NCBI GenBank assembly: GCA_937871285.1
Contig: CALMQS010000124.1
Span: 2,233 to 66,232, forward strand
Source: an uncultured Sphingobacteriales bacterium
Lineage (GTDB): Bacteria > Bacteroidota > Bacteroidia > Chitinophagales > Chitinophagaceae
Length of the DNA stretch: 64,000 bases
Reading direction: 5' to 3'
Positions 38,852 through 48,802 of the stretch are shown piece after piece. Both the position numbers and the translations under genes were made by a program. How positions within the stretch are numbered: the stretch's first letter is position 1; every line of letters starts with the position of its first letter. Below the pieces are notes generated by a model. That model did no database searches. It was not told the DNA's origin and was given only the letters and a program-made list of their open reading frames with translations.

Positions 38852-39055
38852 TTATGAGCCAATTAAAACATAGTTCGTTCCTGCTCCAATATCACCAGTT
38901 CTTTTAAGAATTTTGAATTTTTCAACAAGTTCTGTCAAGTCTCTTGTTGCGGTTGCTTTTGAAACAGCATTTAGTGTTTGATAATCGCTGTTAGTAATTT
39001 TCCCATGTTGGCGCAAGAATGAGGCATTGCATTGTGCATAGCCTTCTTGGGCCAT
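38852..39055 (-). pseudogene. C-terminal winged-HTH fragment resembling Fic/ATP-dependent helicase-type proteins
   Basis: GKITNSDYQ.LN.VSKATATRDL.ELV...G..GAGT.Y; catalytic part absent. Confidence 0.65.
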
Positions 39056-39089
39056 ATTTATGAACTATATTTTAAATCAATTAATCCTT

Positions 39090-39203
39090 TCAATCCGCAA
39101 AAATCACGAGCGCTTCCCTGACAAATACATCTATCCACCTAACAGCAGCAAATGAAATGAAATATAATTTATCGTTATCGTGGAATTTATATTTTCTACT
39201 CAT
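39090..39203 (-). pseudogene. N-terminal fragment of a REP-associated tyrosine transposase (RAYT)
   Basis: Translated by hand (below ORF-track cutoff): MSRKYKFHDNDKLYFISFAAVRWIDVFVRE, then similarity is lost and a stop follows. Confidence 0.7.
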
Positions 39204-39344
39204 AGGAAAGTAAATATACAATCACATTGATTTTTATAGTAAAACAGTCCTTCCTAAATCCACCGTTCTATAGATACGGGTTTTTGAAACCTTTACTTAA
39301 TTTTCAACTTTTCTTACATGGCACAAGAAACCTTCACTCTTTTC

Positions 39345-39977
39345 CTACGCCTCATTCTTGCGCCAAAATGGGATGGCTAACTTTTGTTTACCTTTTCTCC
39401 AATTCCACGGAGCGATAGGCGAGCTCTCACTCCAAAGCCCGACTTTATTTTTTTGGGCTTCAATTTCCAATTGAGCATATTCCTTACTGTCGGAGTACTT
39501 TTTAAAATGCCAAGCTAATCCATTTTTAACTAACTCGTTGTTTACGTTTGTTCCATCCAATAAAAACATCTCTGAAATTAGGCGTTTGTTTCTGTCATAC
39601 TTATTGTCATTTACAAGGGTAACATTCTTCCCGAAACATAAATCGGAAGCAAACTGTTTTGCCTTATTACCAAATGGTTGTTTTTTTTCGGGACAATCAA
39701 TATGAGCTAACCTTACAGTTTGCTCTTTCCCATCTATAAGTAGAACAAATGTATCGCCGTCTTTTATACCGATTACCTTATAACCTGTTTGATTCTCCTC
39801 GTCTGAACTTTGGGTATTTAACGATGCTTCGTGATTTTTATATCTTTCATAATTTCCACCGACTGGATGATTACAACCTACAGTCGAAATTGTCAAAAAG
39901 AAAAAAAGAAGTTCTATCATTTGAAAATTCTTTGCTGATGGCAAATGATTTTTTATAAAACTATCCAGTATGCTCAT
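39345..39977 (-). CDS. Thermonuclease (SNase-like)
   Basis: IKDGDT, VRLAHIDCPEKKQPFG, DRNKRL, NNELVKNGLAW, GLWS...PW.WR; true start uncertain. Confidence 0.9.
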   Translation of the reverse strand: MSILDSFIKNHLPSAKNFQMIELLFFFLTISTVGCNHPVGGNYERYKNHEASLNTQSSDEENQTGYKVIGIKDGDTFVLLIDGKEQTVRLAHIDCPEKKQPFGNKAKQFASDLCFGKNVTLVNDNKYDRNKRLISEMFLLDGTNVNNELVKNGLAWHFKKYSDSKEYAQLEIEAQKNKVGLWSESSPIAPWNWRKGKQKLAIPFWRKNEA

Positions 39978-40074
39978 GATCTTTAATTTTAAGCTGGATA
40001 AAGATAAATATCTTTTTTGGCCAATAGTCTGCCGGAATTAAAACCTCAAAAAAAGTTGATGAACATTATCTGTT

Positions 40075-41073
40075 TGCCCGTATTTATACCAACTTGCTTG
40101 TTAGCAATAGTTTTTAGGAGTATGTGATAATATAACCATCATCCAATCTATCTCCAGTCTCTAAAAAGTAATATAGGGCATTAATACAATAATCAAGGCT
40201 TTTATAATAGTGCAGTTCTGTAACCCATGAGTTTGGTCTTTTGTCTTTATAGTATGCTTGATTATTCTTAGGCTTTAAATAAACTTCTCCCCTTTTCCCA
40301 TCTAAAAACTCAATTGTATATATTTTAGTCATACCGCCAAAGAATGAAGTGTCTTCAGAAATGTCAAGTGTTTTATATTCAGGCGGATTGATTGTCCGAT
40401 TTTGTGTCGCACCTAAACCCCTTGTTGAATTCTCTTTCAAATATTTGTCATTCAAAAATCTAATAACGTCATTAATATTGTTTAATTCATTATCATATTT
40501 TGATTCATTAACAAAAAATGCATAGCTATCAGTACTGTCTAACTTCAGAGCTATCACGTTTTCGTCAAAAAATCCATGCTTTAATAAATAGCTTTCTTGC
40601 TTTGTGTCAATTAGCAAAGATTGATTTCCTAAATATTCCCAAGAGCCTTTTTCCACTATACCATTTTCAGAAATAAGTAATTGATTGTTTTGTCTGAAAA
40701 TAAAAACCTTTTTAGTTTGATTTATGTCTCCTAATGAGACCCAATGTTGATTTGTCAACTTTGTTAAGTCGTCAAGCTTTTTACTAAATCGCTGAATTTT
40801 CGGAATTATGTCTACTATAAATGTTCTCATAAAACTATCGCTAACGTCGGATTCTGCGTTTGGGGAGCATTTAGAAAACGCCCAGCTCAGAACCGAATCC
40901 GATTAAAGGTACAAAAGATGAAGATTTATTGTTTCACCCGTTGATGCAAAACCTCTCGGTTAAAGGTTATTATTTTGTTGCAAGTATAAATAGAATTTAT
41001 GAACAACTTGGTCAAAGTTGTGATGACTAATGTTTTTCGTCTGCCCGTCTTTATGCCAACCTGTTAGTAGCCG
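40075..41073 (-). mobile_element. attC-like core and inverse-core sites bracketing cassette-like genes
   Basis: GTTAGCGATAG (40835-40845) before the ATG and CTATTGCTAAC (40100-40110) after the stop; related half-site at 41042-41073. Confidence 0.45.
40114..40830 (-). CDS. AT-rich hypothetical protein in a cassette-like unit
   Basis: 238 aa ORF flanked by a 15-bp inverted repeat GTTAGCRATAGTTTT. Confidence 0.75.
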   Translation of the reverse strand: MRTFIVDIIPKIQRFSKKLDDLTKLTNQHWVSLGDINQTKKVFIFRQNNQLLISENGIVEKGSWEYLGNQSLLIDTKQESYLLKHGFFDENVIALKLDSTDSYAFFVNESKYDNELNNINDVIRFLNDKYLKENSTRGLGATQNRTINPPEYKTLDISEDTSFFGGMTKIYTIEFLDGKRGEVYLKPKNNQAYYKDKRPNSWVTELHYYKSLDYCINALYYFLETGDRLDDGYIITYS

Positions 41074-41610
41074 TTTTTCTTTATCATACCATTAGATTCT
41101 TTTTCATAAAGTTCTTTGTATATTCTTACCCCAAATGATGGTTGTCAAAAAATGGTAATTAACGAATTGCTGCACGCAATACGTTCCATTATTAAATATT
41201 TATAAGCGCTTAAAACACTTCCACCTGCTTACAAACAGCTAAAAAGAATATTCCTTCGCTATCGCACGGGTCCAAAAATCCTAAAAATGGAATAAAACGG
41301 GTTGATTGCCGGGTTATAGTAGTGCGGATTGAAACTGTTTCAAACCTATTCTTTTTTTATTAAAAACAGGCATTTTTTTAGTATTTGGTATGTATTGGCA
41401 TGCGAATGGCGGTTTTATTGTGTTCGCGGTTGAAACCCGGTGTTGATAGATTTGCTGCATGCGCTGTTAGTGCGGTCTGATCCGCCGCCGCGGATGCCGG
41501 CCGCAGGCAACTTCGGATCAATACAAAAGTTTAATAGTTTTTATAGCGCCGGGAGCTCGCCGCCACACCGTTGCCCGGCTCTGAAGACCCCTGCGCGAAA
41601 TCTATTTCGT

Positions 41611-42018
41611 CTATGCTACTTCGCCTGCATCGTTAATATGTTTGGTTTTCAAAATTCTCAGGATAAGAACAGCAAAAACAAAAGTCAAAACAGCAAATGA
41701 TCGCTCAAAATTTGTCTTTGCGAAAAGATTACCAACCGTATTCAGAACAAATAAAGCAAGAAAGATCCATAGTATGATGTTTATTGCTTTGTTCTTAAAC
41801 CGGAATTTTATATAGCTGGCTTTCATAAGCAAAACAAGCCCCAAAAATAAGTTGATCAAAATGGAGATGGCTTCAAAAACATACATTTCCCGGTCATTCT
41901 GAAGTCGTCCGCCCCAGGCTATGTTATAAGGAATTGCCTTAGCGATCACAGCGATATGAAAAAGGATTACCGCAACAAGCAATGCCAGTAAAATATTTAT
42001 TGATGCTTTATACTTCAT
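41611..42018 (-). CDS. Membrane hypothetical protein
   Basis: Four hydrophobic helices; IPYNIAWGGRL motif. Confidence 0.75.
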   Translation of the reverse strand: MKYKASINILLALLVAVILFHIAVIAKAIPYNIAWGGRLQNDREMYVFEAISILINLFLGLVLLMKASYIKFRFKNKAINIILWIFLALFVLNTVGNLFAKTNFERSFAVLTFVFAVLILRILKTKHINDAGEVA

Positions 42019-42180
42019 TTTATTTTTTTAAGCAAGTATTAGGTTTGGGCGAAAGAAGAAGTAACAACAAAAAGATGAAAAAAGTATGTCTGCCGGATAA
42101 ATTATTTAGCGGCAAATACAGAGATTATTCGCCGAAAGTTCAAAGTTTCAGACTATGTAAATCCCATTTGCGCGTTTTCT

Positions 42181-42564
42181 TTACTCAATTTCCAAAACAC
42201 CTTTTTTGTCTTTACTCAATGCAAGTCGTTCAAATAAAGAAGAATCTATTTGTCTTTCAAGTTCTCTTACTGACAGGTTTTCATTAAGCGTATGTTTTTC
42301 ATTCCGCATATCCAAAATATTGCGTCTGCCAAATCCTTTGCCATAGCGCTGCCTTAAGTCTTTGGAAAGCTTTGTCAGTAGCTTACTTCCATACTCTGCT
42401 CTTTCTTGTCCGCGCTGTTCATATTCTACTATGTGTCTGCCAATTTCCCAGTTAGTTTTAACCAATTCTGTATTTACTACTATAAAAGCATTTTGCCTTG
42501 CCTGTTCAATGGTAAGGCCGATGCTGTCAGGTAGCTGATTGTACTGATTTGAAGTTGACTTCAT
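42181..42564 (-). pseudogene. Internally deleted and truncated DUF1016 (YhcG-like) gene
   Basis: VNTELVKTNWEIGRHIVEYEQ.G..RAEYGSKLL..LSKDL...YGKGF jumps to LSVRELERQI.SSLFERLALSKDK; nuclease domain missing. Confidence 0.8.
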
Positions 42565-42596
42565 GGTTGTTTATTAGCCGAAATTGTTATGCCACC

Positions 42597-43943
42597 TCAT
42601 TTCTTTGAAGGCTTCACCCCTACCCCTTTCATTACCTGCTTTACAGCCCCCTGTATCCTTTCTTCCACATTGTCGGCAAACGGACCGGGCAGCACATAGT
42701 AGATCATGCTGCTATTGGCTTCATACCCCCCTTCACCCAATATCCGCTTAGTGGGAATATAGCACATCACTTCATTGCTGTACCCGGCTACAAATAAATT
42801 TTCATTCTTAAAGGTTTGCTTCGCCCATAAGGCGTAATCCACCACCACTTCTCCTGCCATAGCCAAAATAGTAAGGTCTTTGCCAAAGCGTATGCACTGA
42901 ACAGGATAGCTGTATTTACTTACATCCCAGCCTTTATTATAAGCCTGCAGCATCAGCTTCGCTCTTCTTTGAACATATTCATCACCGGTTACCATATCGT
43001 TTTGATACAACTGCAGATCAAAAGGGCGGAATGATAATTCCACCGTTTCATAACGGGTAGTAACAGGCGCACGAACAGGTTGCATGGTTGATGTGATCAC
43101 TTTTTGAACCGATTCAGCTAATGTTTTTCCATGTTGCATGGCATGTTCTATGGTACCCCTCGGATTGGGATTAATGTCGCCGCAACAACCCTGGAAAAAC
43201 AAAGCTGTAATGCCGGGGTACATTTTCTCCAGTTCAATTTGTGCATACCCCGCGTAATCGCCGTTCACTTCGGTGTAATCGCCGGGTAGGGTTGTATTGT
43301 GACAGGCATAGCCAAACAATACGGCTTTCAGCTCACCACCCGGCGTAGCAATTTTAAGCACGGGCACATCAAAATCTACCGGACGGATCGTTAATGCCGG
43401 GTCGCGCCTGTTGAAAGCAAAATCTGCTTCTCCATGCCCGCTCCATACCTGCATGGGCGCAAGATCAGCCATCGCCATATCTACGGCAGCAACAATATCC
43501 TCCACCAGCCTGCGGGTATAGTTGTACACCGTTTGCATATCACCGGGCTTATAATAAAACATGCCGGCGGCAGGCCAAACCATGGGAGCCGAATGGGTAT
43601 GCGATGAATTCAACAACAATTGTGAACGTTGGATGCCATATTTATCGTTCAGCTTCTTAGCGATATCCACCGATATTTCGTGCGACAAACCGAGCAGATC
43701 CGTTGTAACGATCACTACCCTGCTGGTAGGCGATTCTTCAAAAACAAGGGCTTTGGCCCAAATATCATGCGCAATGCCGGTAGCGGGTTTTAACCTGGCT
43801 GGATTGGCGTAGCCGTTTAACCAGACATCTCCCTGCGGCGTAATGGCTTTTCGGCCAATACCCACTTTCATGTCGCCGGCCCATGATCCTGCCGTTATTA
43901 ATATAAGGGCTATGGTAAGTACAGGGATGAATATTTTTTTCAT
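42597..43943 (-). CDS. Neutral/alkaline ceramidase-like N-terminal-domain hydrolase
   Basis: G.GRKAITP, DIWAKAL, NSSHTHSAP, YACHNT, QGCCGDINP, GGYE; signal peptide. Confidence 0.8.
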   Translation of the reverse strand: MKKIFIPVLTIALILITAGSWAGDMKVGIGRKAITPQGDVWLNGYANPARLKPATGIAHDIWAKALVFEESPTSRVVIVTTDLLGLSHEISVDIAKKLNDKYGIQRSQLLLNSSHTHSAPMVWPAAGMFYYKPGDMQTVYNYTRRLVEDIVAAVDMAMADLAPMQVWSGHGEADFAFNRRDPALTIRPVDFDVPVLKIATPGGELKAVLFGYACHNTTLPGDYTEVNGDYAGYAQIELEKMYPGITALFFQGCCGDINPNPRGTIEHAMQHGKTLAESVQKVITSTMQPVRAPVTTRYETVELSFRPFDLQLYQNDMVTGDEYVQRRAKLMLQAYNKGWDVSKYSYPVQCIRFGKDLTILAMAGEVVVDYALWAKQTFKNENLFVAGYSNEVMCYIPTKRILGEGGYEANSSMIYYVLPGPFADNVEERIQGAVKQVMKGVGVKPSKK

Positions 43944-44010
43944 ACACGCATTTTTTCTTAAATCTAACACAATTTCCTTTTATATGGCATGCGTTTGCTG
44001 AGATGATCAA

Positions 44011-44270
44011 ATGACAAATCCGAAAAAGAAAACCCGAAATCCGAAGGAAATACAGGAGAATACAAAGCACCAAATACCAAATAACAAGAACCAAACCTGC
44101 CTGCGGCAGGCAAGCTTGTCCGCCGGGGCGGATAAAATTCAAAGGCCAAATCCGAAGCAGAAAATTCGAAATCCGAAAATAAATGCAATCTCAAATTTCA
44201 AATCCGGATCTCACCCCTCACCTCTCCTCCTGAGCTGCCAGCCTTAAGCGATCAGCCATCAGCCAAAGTA
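44011..44270. repeat. Mosaic of short low-complexity and REP-like motifs
   Basis: AAATCCGAA occurs several times, plus CAAATACCAAATAACAA, CCTGCCTGCGGCAGGCA and CAGCCATCAGCC. Confidence 0.5.
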
Positions 44271-44317
44271 TACTAACGATAAGCTCAATTCTTCACACAA
44301 CTTCTCACTTTTCACTT

Positions 44318-44386
44318 CGTGAAACGATAAACCTGAAACGAGAACTATTTCACCGTTCACTTCTCACCATTCACTACTCCACTCAC
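44318..44386 (-). repeat. Heptamer-based hairpin repeat directly after a stop codon (copy 2)
   Basis: CGTGAAACGATAAACCTGAAACGAGAA...TTCACTTCTCACC is the reverse-complement homologue of 24997-25060. Confidence 0.6.
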
Positions 44387-45732
44387 GCCTTACCCAACGC
44401 CGCCGCATTCTTTTGTATCTTACGGATAGCAGCAGCAATCTGATCCATGTCTGTTCTGCTGCCCAGCAACATGTTCTGGAAAAACCATACCGCCTGTTCG
44501 GTGCTCAGTATATCGTTTTGCGGACATTGATTACGCTCTAACCATTCCTGCATGGTCTTTTGGCCGTATATTTTGAGGTAGTGCCTGTTTTGGGCGAGAC
44601 CGGTTACATAGCTGTCTTTGTTGATCATGCCATAACCGCCGGAGCAGGGTATGCCTTCTGCACTCAACGCTTCAAGGAATTTTGCACGGCTTAATCCCGC
44701 GAAATGATCTTTGTTATAGCGGAACATATACAGGTGATACGCGCTTGCCGTAGTGCCTTCATACAGCTTCGCCGGTGTGATACCCGGAATATCGTTCAAT
44801 AATTTACCGAGGTAATCAGCGTTTTCCGTCCTGCGCTTCGACTGCTCCATAAGGCGCGTCATCTGCGCCAGCAAAATACTGCCCTGGAATTCGGTAAGGC
44901 GCATGTTGGTTCCGCGGGTACCCACGCCGGGGTTATATGCTGCACGCAGGCCGCCCTGGCCCTGGTTATGAAACGAATAGCAGGTTTTGGCAAATGACTC
45001 ATCATTGGTAACAATAGCCCCGCCTTCGGCACAGTTTAAATTCTTTGACGACTGAAAGCTAAAGCCGCCGGCCAATCCATACGTACCTACCTTTCTTCCG
45101 CGCCATTCTGCAAGGTGCGCTTGGCAGGCATCTTCAATTACAGGTATCTTTTTCCGGTCAGCAATCTCCATGATCATATCTATATTAGCCGGTGAGCCGC
45201 CTATATGAACGGGCATGATGATCTTAGTTTGAGCGGTGATCGCTGCTTCTATTTTACCGGCATCAACCTGGAAACTTTCTATATCGGTATCCACAAATAT
45301 GGGTAAAGCGTAATTGAGCACCACCACATTGTAGGTGGCTATAAAAGTATACACGGGAATGATCACTTCATCGCCGGGACCAATATCAAGGGCGCCCAGC
45401 ATGGTATACAGCGCACTGGTGCCGCTCGATACGCCAAGACAATGCTTTGCGCCTAACTGTTTCGCGTACGCGCTTTCGAAAGCAGGCATGACAGTGCCGT
45501 CTAACCGCCCCCATTTTTTACTTTTCAGCACCTCCATTAACCCTTTTTCTTCGGGCTGCCCGTATACCGGCCAACCCGGGAATGCCGGGGGAAATGTTTT
45601 TGTGCCTCCCAAAAGCGCAGGCTTTGCATTATCAGGATTTGCACTTACGATATGCGGCATTCCCATGGACAACCCCGCCCCCGCTATAGAAAGGGTATTG
45701 ATAAATTTCCGGCGGTTAAATCTTTTTTGCAT
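44383..45732 (-). CDS. DegT/DnrJ/EryC1/StrS-family sugar aminotransferase with Tat signal
   Basis: NRRKFI Tat motif; SSGTSAL, PVHIGG, IEDACQAH, FSFQSSKNL (PLP Lys). Confidence 0.93.
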   Translation of the reverse strand: MQKRFNRRKFINTLSIAGAGLSMGMPHIVSANPDNAKPALLGGTKTFPPAFPGWPVYGQPEEKGLMEVLKSKKWGRLDGTVMPAFESAYAKQLGAKHCLGVSSGTSALYTMLGALDIGPGDEVIIPVYTFIATYNVVVLNYALPIFVDTDIESFQVDAGKIEAAITAQTKIIMPVHIGGSPANIDMIMEIADRKKIPVIEDACQAHLAEWRGRKVGTYGLAGGFSFQSSKNLNCAEGGAIVTNDESFAKTCYSFHNQGQGGLRAAYNPGVGTRGTNMRLTEFQGSILLAQMTRLMEQSKRRTENADYLGKLLNDIPGITPAKLYEGTTASAYHLYMFRYNKDHFAGLSRAKFLEALSAEGIPCSGGYGMINKDSYVTGLAQNRHYLKIYGQKTMQEWLERNQCPQNDILSTEQAVWFFQNMLLGSRTDMDQIAAAIRKIQKNAAALGKA

Positions 45733-45837
45733 GCGTATCTGTTTAGAATGAGTATTTAATGAACTGGGGGTGAAGCCTCACCCCAACCTCTCTCCGCCCG
45801 GGAGGGGGCTAATAGATTTACACTGGTCAGCATCTCC

Positions 45838-48714
45838 CTATTTGCCCGCCAGTAAATACCCGGCTACATCGGCCAGTTCCTGTTCGGATATGCCCGCAAC
45901 ACCAGGTTCCGGCATGAGGCTTTTACCTTGCTTTTGTTTGGTACTGATCTTATCTGTTGCAATGGTATGCTGCTGACCGGTTACATCTTTTATAATTACA
46001 GCCTGCTTATTTTCGCTGATCAGAAAACCAAAAAAGGAGCCGCCATCTTTGGTATTGATGATCCAGGGTTCATAACCCAATAGTATTGCCGCACTGGGAT
46101 TAATGATGGCGTCTAATAAACCAGTCTTATCAAATTTCTTACCGATGCTCGTCAATTCCGGCCCAATGTTGCTGCCGGTTTTCCCTACCTTATGACAGGA
46201 AGCGCAATGACCGGCAAAAACGGTTTTACCATTTTGCGCATCACCCTTCAGCGCGGCAATATCAGCTATGGAATAGTTTTTTTGCACACCGGGTTGCTTA
46301 AAATATTTTCCCGCCTGCACCCTCACGGTAAGGTCAGGATTTTTGAAAATGCTTTCTTCCATGGCGGGGATCAATGCTTTTGGAAATTTATTTTCCGAAG
46401 CAAGACCGATCAGCAATTGCCCGCCCAATGAATCCGCCGCCATTTGTTCTAACCGCCTTTTCCTGGCGCCTAATGAAAGGTGCTCATCCTGCACCGCCAG
46501 CAGCCTTACTTTTGCTGCAGCCAGCTTTTTCTCATAAGCGGAATTGATATGCAGCTTTTTCCAGTCTAACAATGCATACCAGTCGTTACCCTGGCGGAAG
46601 GAAAGCCAGTAGGAAGCCTGTTCCGCTACATCGGGTAATGTATTTTTACTGAGCGCCAGCATGGCTTCGGCCGCTCCTTTATCTTTCATAAACGCAATGG
46701 CAGTAATAGCAGCCCTTCTTTCTTTAGCATCTAACGTGGGTTCATTAGCACGCAGCAAAAGATCGGGCAATGCCGCTGCCGGGTGTAAACGCCAGGCAAA
46801 CAGGCTCATTCTTTTATCCCACTCAACAGGCGTTTTATCACTGGCCAATAATTGTTTTATTTGGGGATACACTTCCGCTTCATGGCCGGCCATGGCATCG
46901 CCCAGCGCATTCAGGTACCAGCGGTCTTCCCCGTCGTATTGCTTTGCCAGTTCCAGCAGTATGGGTTGGGTTTGCTCAAAAGGCAGATCACGCAGCGCAA
47001 CAGCAATTTCCCTCCGAACAAACGCGGAAGGATCGCTTTGCAGTTGAATGGCGTAAGGCAGTATACCGGCAACGGATACACGCAACGCACGGAAAGCAGT
47101 GGCCCTTATCGTTTCATTATCGCTTTTTAATAACGCCGCGGTAGCTTCTATACCTTTTTGACCTAATTGTGCCAGCAGCCAGATGGCCCTCGCCTGAATA
47201 TATGGATTCTTATCTTTCAATAATGCATGAACGGGTTCCATAACCGCTTCTCCCTGTTGCTTCAGTTGCAGAAACCCCAGGTGGCGCACATTAATAGCGG
47301 GATTGCGGAGTGCCGCTATTTGTCCTGCTGTTGTAGTAAGATCAATTTTGGGAGAACGCAGGGTTTTATTTTTAGGTGTGATGCGGTAAATCCTGCCGAA
47401 ACCTTTCTTATCCTGCATCTGGTGCCCCCCCACAACCGGGTCGTACCAGTCGGCTATATAAATGGCGCCATCTGTGCCTACAGCCACGTCGCTGGGACGA
47501 AACCATTTTTCTTTATGCACATTGGCGGCACTATCGTTCCAAACATATAAAGCGTTATCCTCGCTCAAAGAGGTGATAAAGTTTTTTCTTTCGCCGGGTA
47601 CCATCCCCGATTTTTCCTTATGCGGATAATAACCGAAGATCACATTTCTCCCGGCATCGGCACTTAATAGCAGTCCGCGATATTTTTCTCCCAGCGCATC
47701 GCCTTCATTTAATACCACGCCTGTAGGCGCTCCCGCTCCGCTCCTGTCGCCCACCGGCATTACGCCGGGATCTTCCTGGTGCCAGTGCGCGGTAAATATC
47801 TCCTGGTCGGGCCGCTGGTCGGCCTGCCATGTTCTGGTACCATCCGTGCTGAAATAGCCCGCATTCCCTCCTTCCGGCAACCACGATACACGGCAGGCTG
47901 CTACTTCATCATCGTTATCGTTCTGCCAGAAATTGCCATATGAATCGGCGGTGAGCTCATACGCGTTCCTGAAATTATGTCCCATTACTTTTAACCCCGT
48001 GCCATCCGGGTGAATCCGCAGGGCCAATCCCCCAACCCATACTTTCCCGTCATCACTTTTTAAATTGCCTTCATTTTTGGTATTATAGGGGGTGCCACCG
48101 GTATATATACTGCCCGATCGCAGGTTCCATCCGCTCTTATCGGTTACGGTATGCGGGCCCGCATTGCCTGTATTGAAATACCAGTTGCCATCGGCGCCGG
48201 CCAATACCGCATGCAGCGAATGATCGTGATCCTTTCCGCCAAAACCTGTAAGAAAAATTTCTTTTTTATCGGGCTTGTCATCGCCATCTTCATCCGTATA
48301 GATAATAATGCCGGGGGCGCAGGAAACGATCACTTTGTTTCCAATAACGGCTATGCCTAATGGCGATACGAGGCTGGTATCCTGCACAAATAATGTTGAC
48401 GAATCGGCAACCCCATCGTTATCCGTATCTTCCAGTATCATTACCCTGTCGCCTTTAGAGTGATGAAAGAACGCTGTGGAATCGTTATTGAAATTGCGGT
48501 AGTTCACCGCTTCGGTTACCCACACCCTCCCGCGGGCGTCTATATCTATATTGGTGGGATTATAGAACAGCGGTGTTTCAGCCCATAGTGTAGCTTCCAG
48601 GTCGTTGGGAAGATAAAAGGGCAGATCCGTTTTAGCTTTGGGGTTTGATGGCTGGCAGGCCGCAAGAAAAAGAATAGAAAAAGAAATGCCTGCAAAAGCG
48701 CCTGTTAGTTTCAT
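45838..48714 (-). CDS. PVC-type membrane-bound dehydrogenase-domain protein with HEAT repeats and C-terminal cytochrome c
   Basis: Lipobox LAAC; IDARGRVWV.E..NYR; DHDHSLH; RPSDVAVGTDGAIYIADWYD; CASCH; IGPELT; SLMP; start at MKLTG (48714). Confidence 0.88.
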   Translation of the reverse strand: MKLTGAFAGISFSILFLAACQPSNPKAKTDLPFYLPNDLEATLWAETPLFYNPTNIDIDARGRVWVTEAVNYRNFNNDSTAFFHHSKGDRVMILEDTDNDGVADSSTLFVQDTSLVSPLGIAVIGNKVIVSCAPGIIIYTDEDGDDKPDKKEIFLTGFGGKDHDHSLHAVLAGADGNWYFNTGNAGPHTVTDKSGWNLRSGSIYTGGTPYNTKNEGNLKSDDGKVWVGGLALRIHPDGTGLKVMGHNFRNAYELTADSYGNFWQNDNDDEVAACRVSWLPEGGNAGYFSTDGTRTWQADQRPDQEIFTAHWHQEDPGVMPVGDRSGAGAPTGVVLNEGDALGEKYRGLLLSADAGRNVIFGYYPHKEKSGMVPGERKNFITSLSEDNALYVWNDSAANVHKEKWFRPSDVAVGTDGAIYIADWYDPVVGGHQMQDKKGFGRIYRITPKNKTLRSPKIDLTTTAGQIAALRNPAINVRHLGFLQLKQQGEAVMEPVHALLKDKNPYIQARAIWLLAQLGQKGIEATAALLKSDNETIRATAFRALRVSVAGILPYAIQLQSDPSAFVRREIAVALRDLPFEQTQPILLELAKQYDGEDRWYLNALGDAMAGHEAEVYPQIKQLLASDKTPVEWDKRMSLFAWRLHPAAALPDLLLRANEPTLDAKERRAAITAIAFMKDKGAAEAMLALSKNTLPDVAEQASYWLSFRQGNDWYALLDWKKLHINSAYEKKLAAAKVRLLAVQDEHLSLGARKRRLEQMAADSLGGQLLIGLASENKFPKALIPAMEESIFKNPDLTVRVQAGKYFKQPGVQKNYSIADIAALKGDAQNGKTVFAGHCASCHKVGKTGSNIGPELTSIGKKFDKTGLLDAIINPSAAILLGYEPWIINTKDGGSFFGFLISENKQAVIIKDVTGQQHTIATDKISTKQKQGKSLMPEPGVAGISEQELADVAGYLLAGK

Positions 48715-48802
48715 CCGTATATTTTTACGTATTATTTTATTGTGTTCGCGAATGCTTCGCATTTCCCTCCTGCTTTGCGGGATGAAAAAATTACGCGGTG
48801 TT

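Noticed and set aside
38832-38866. TGAGCCAAT x3 as a regulatory iteron or phase-variation tract
   Set aside because: It is a short degenerate repeat at the end of a pseudogene fragment with no linked promoter or replication gene.
39137-39143. Perfect attC core GTTAGGT on the minus strand
   Set aside because: It lies inside the RAYT fragment coding sequence (Ala-Val-Arg-Trp) and has no partner inverse core.
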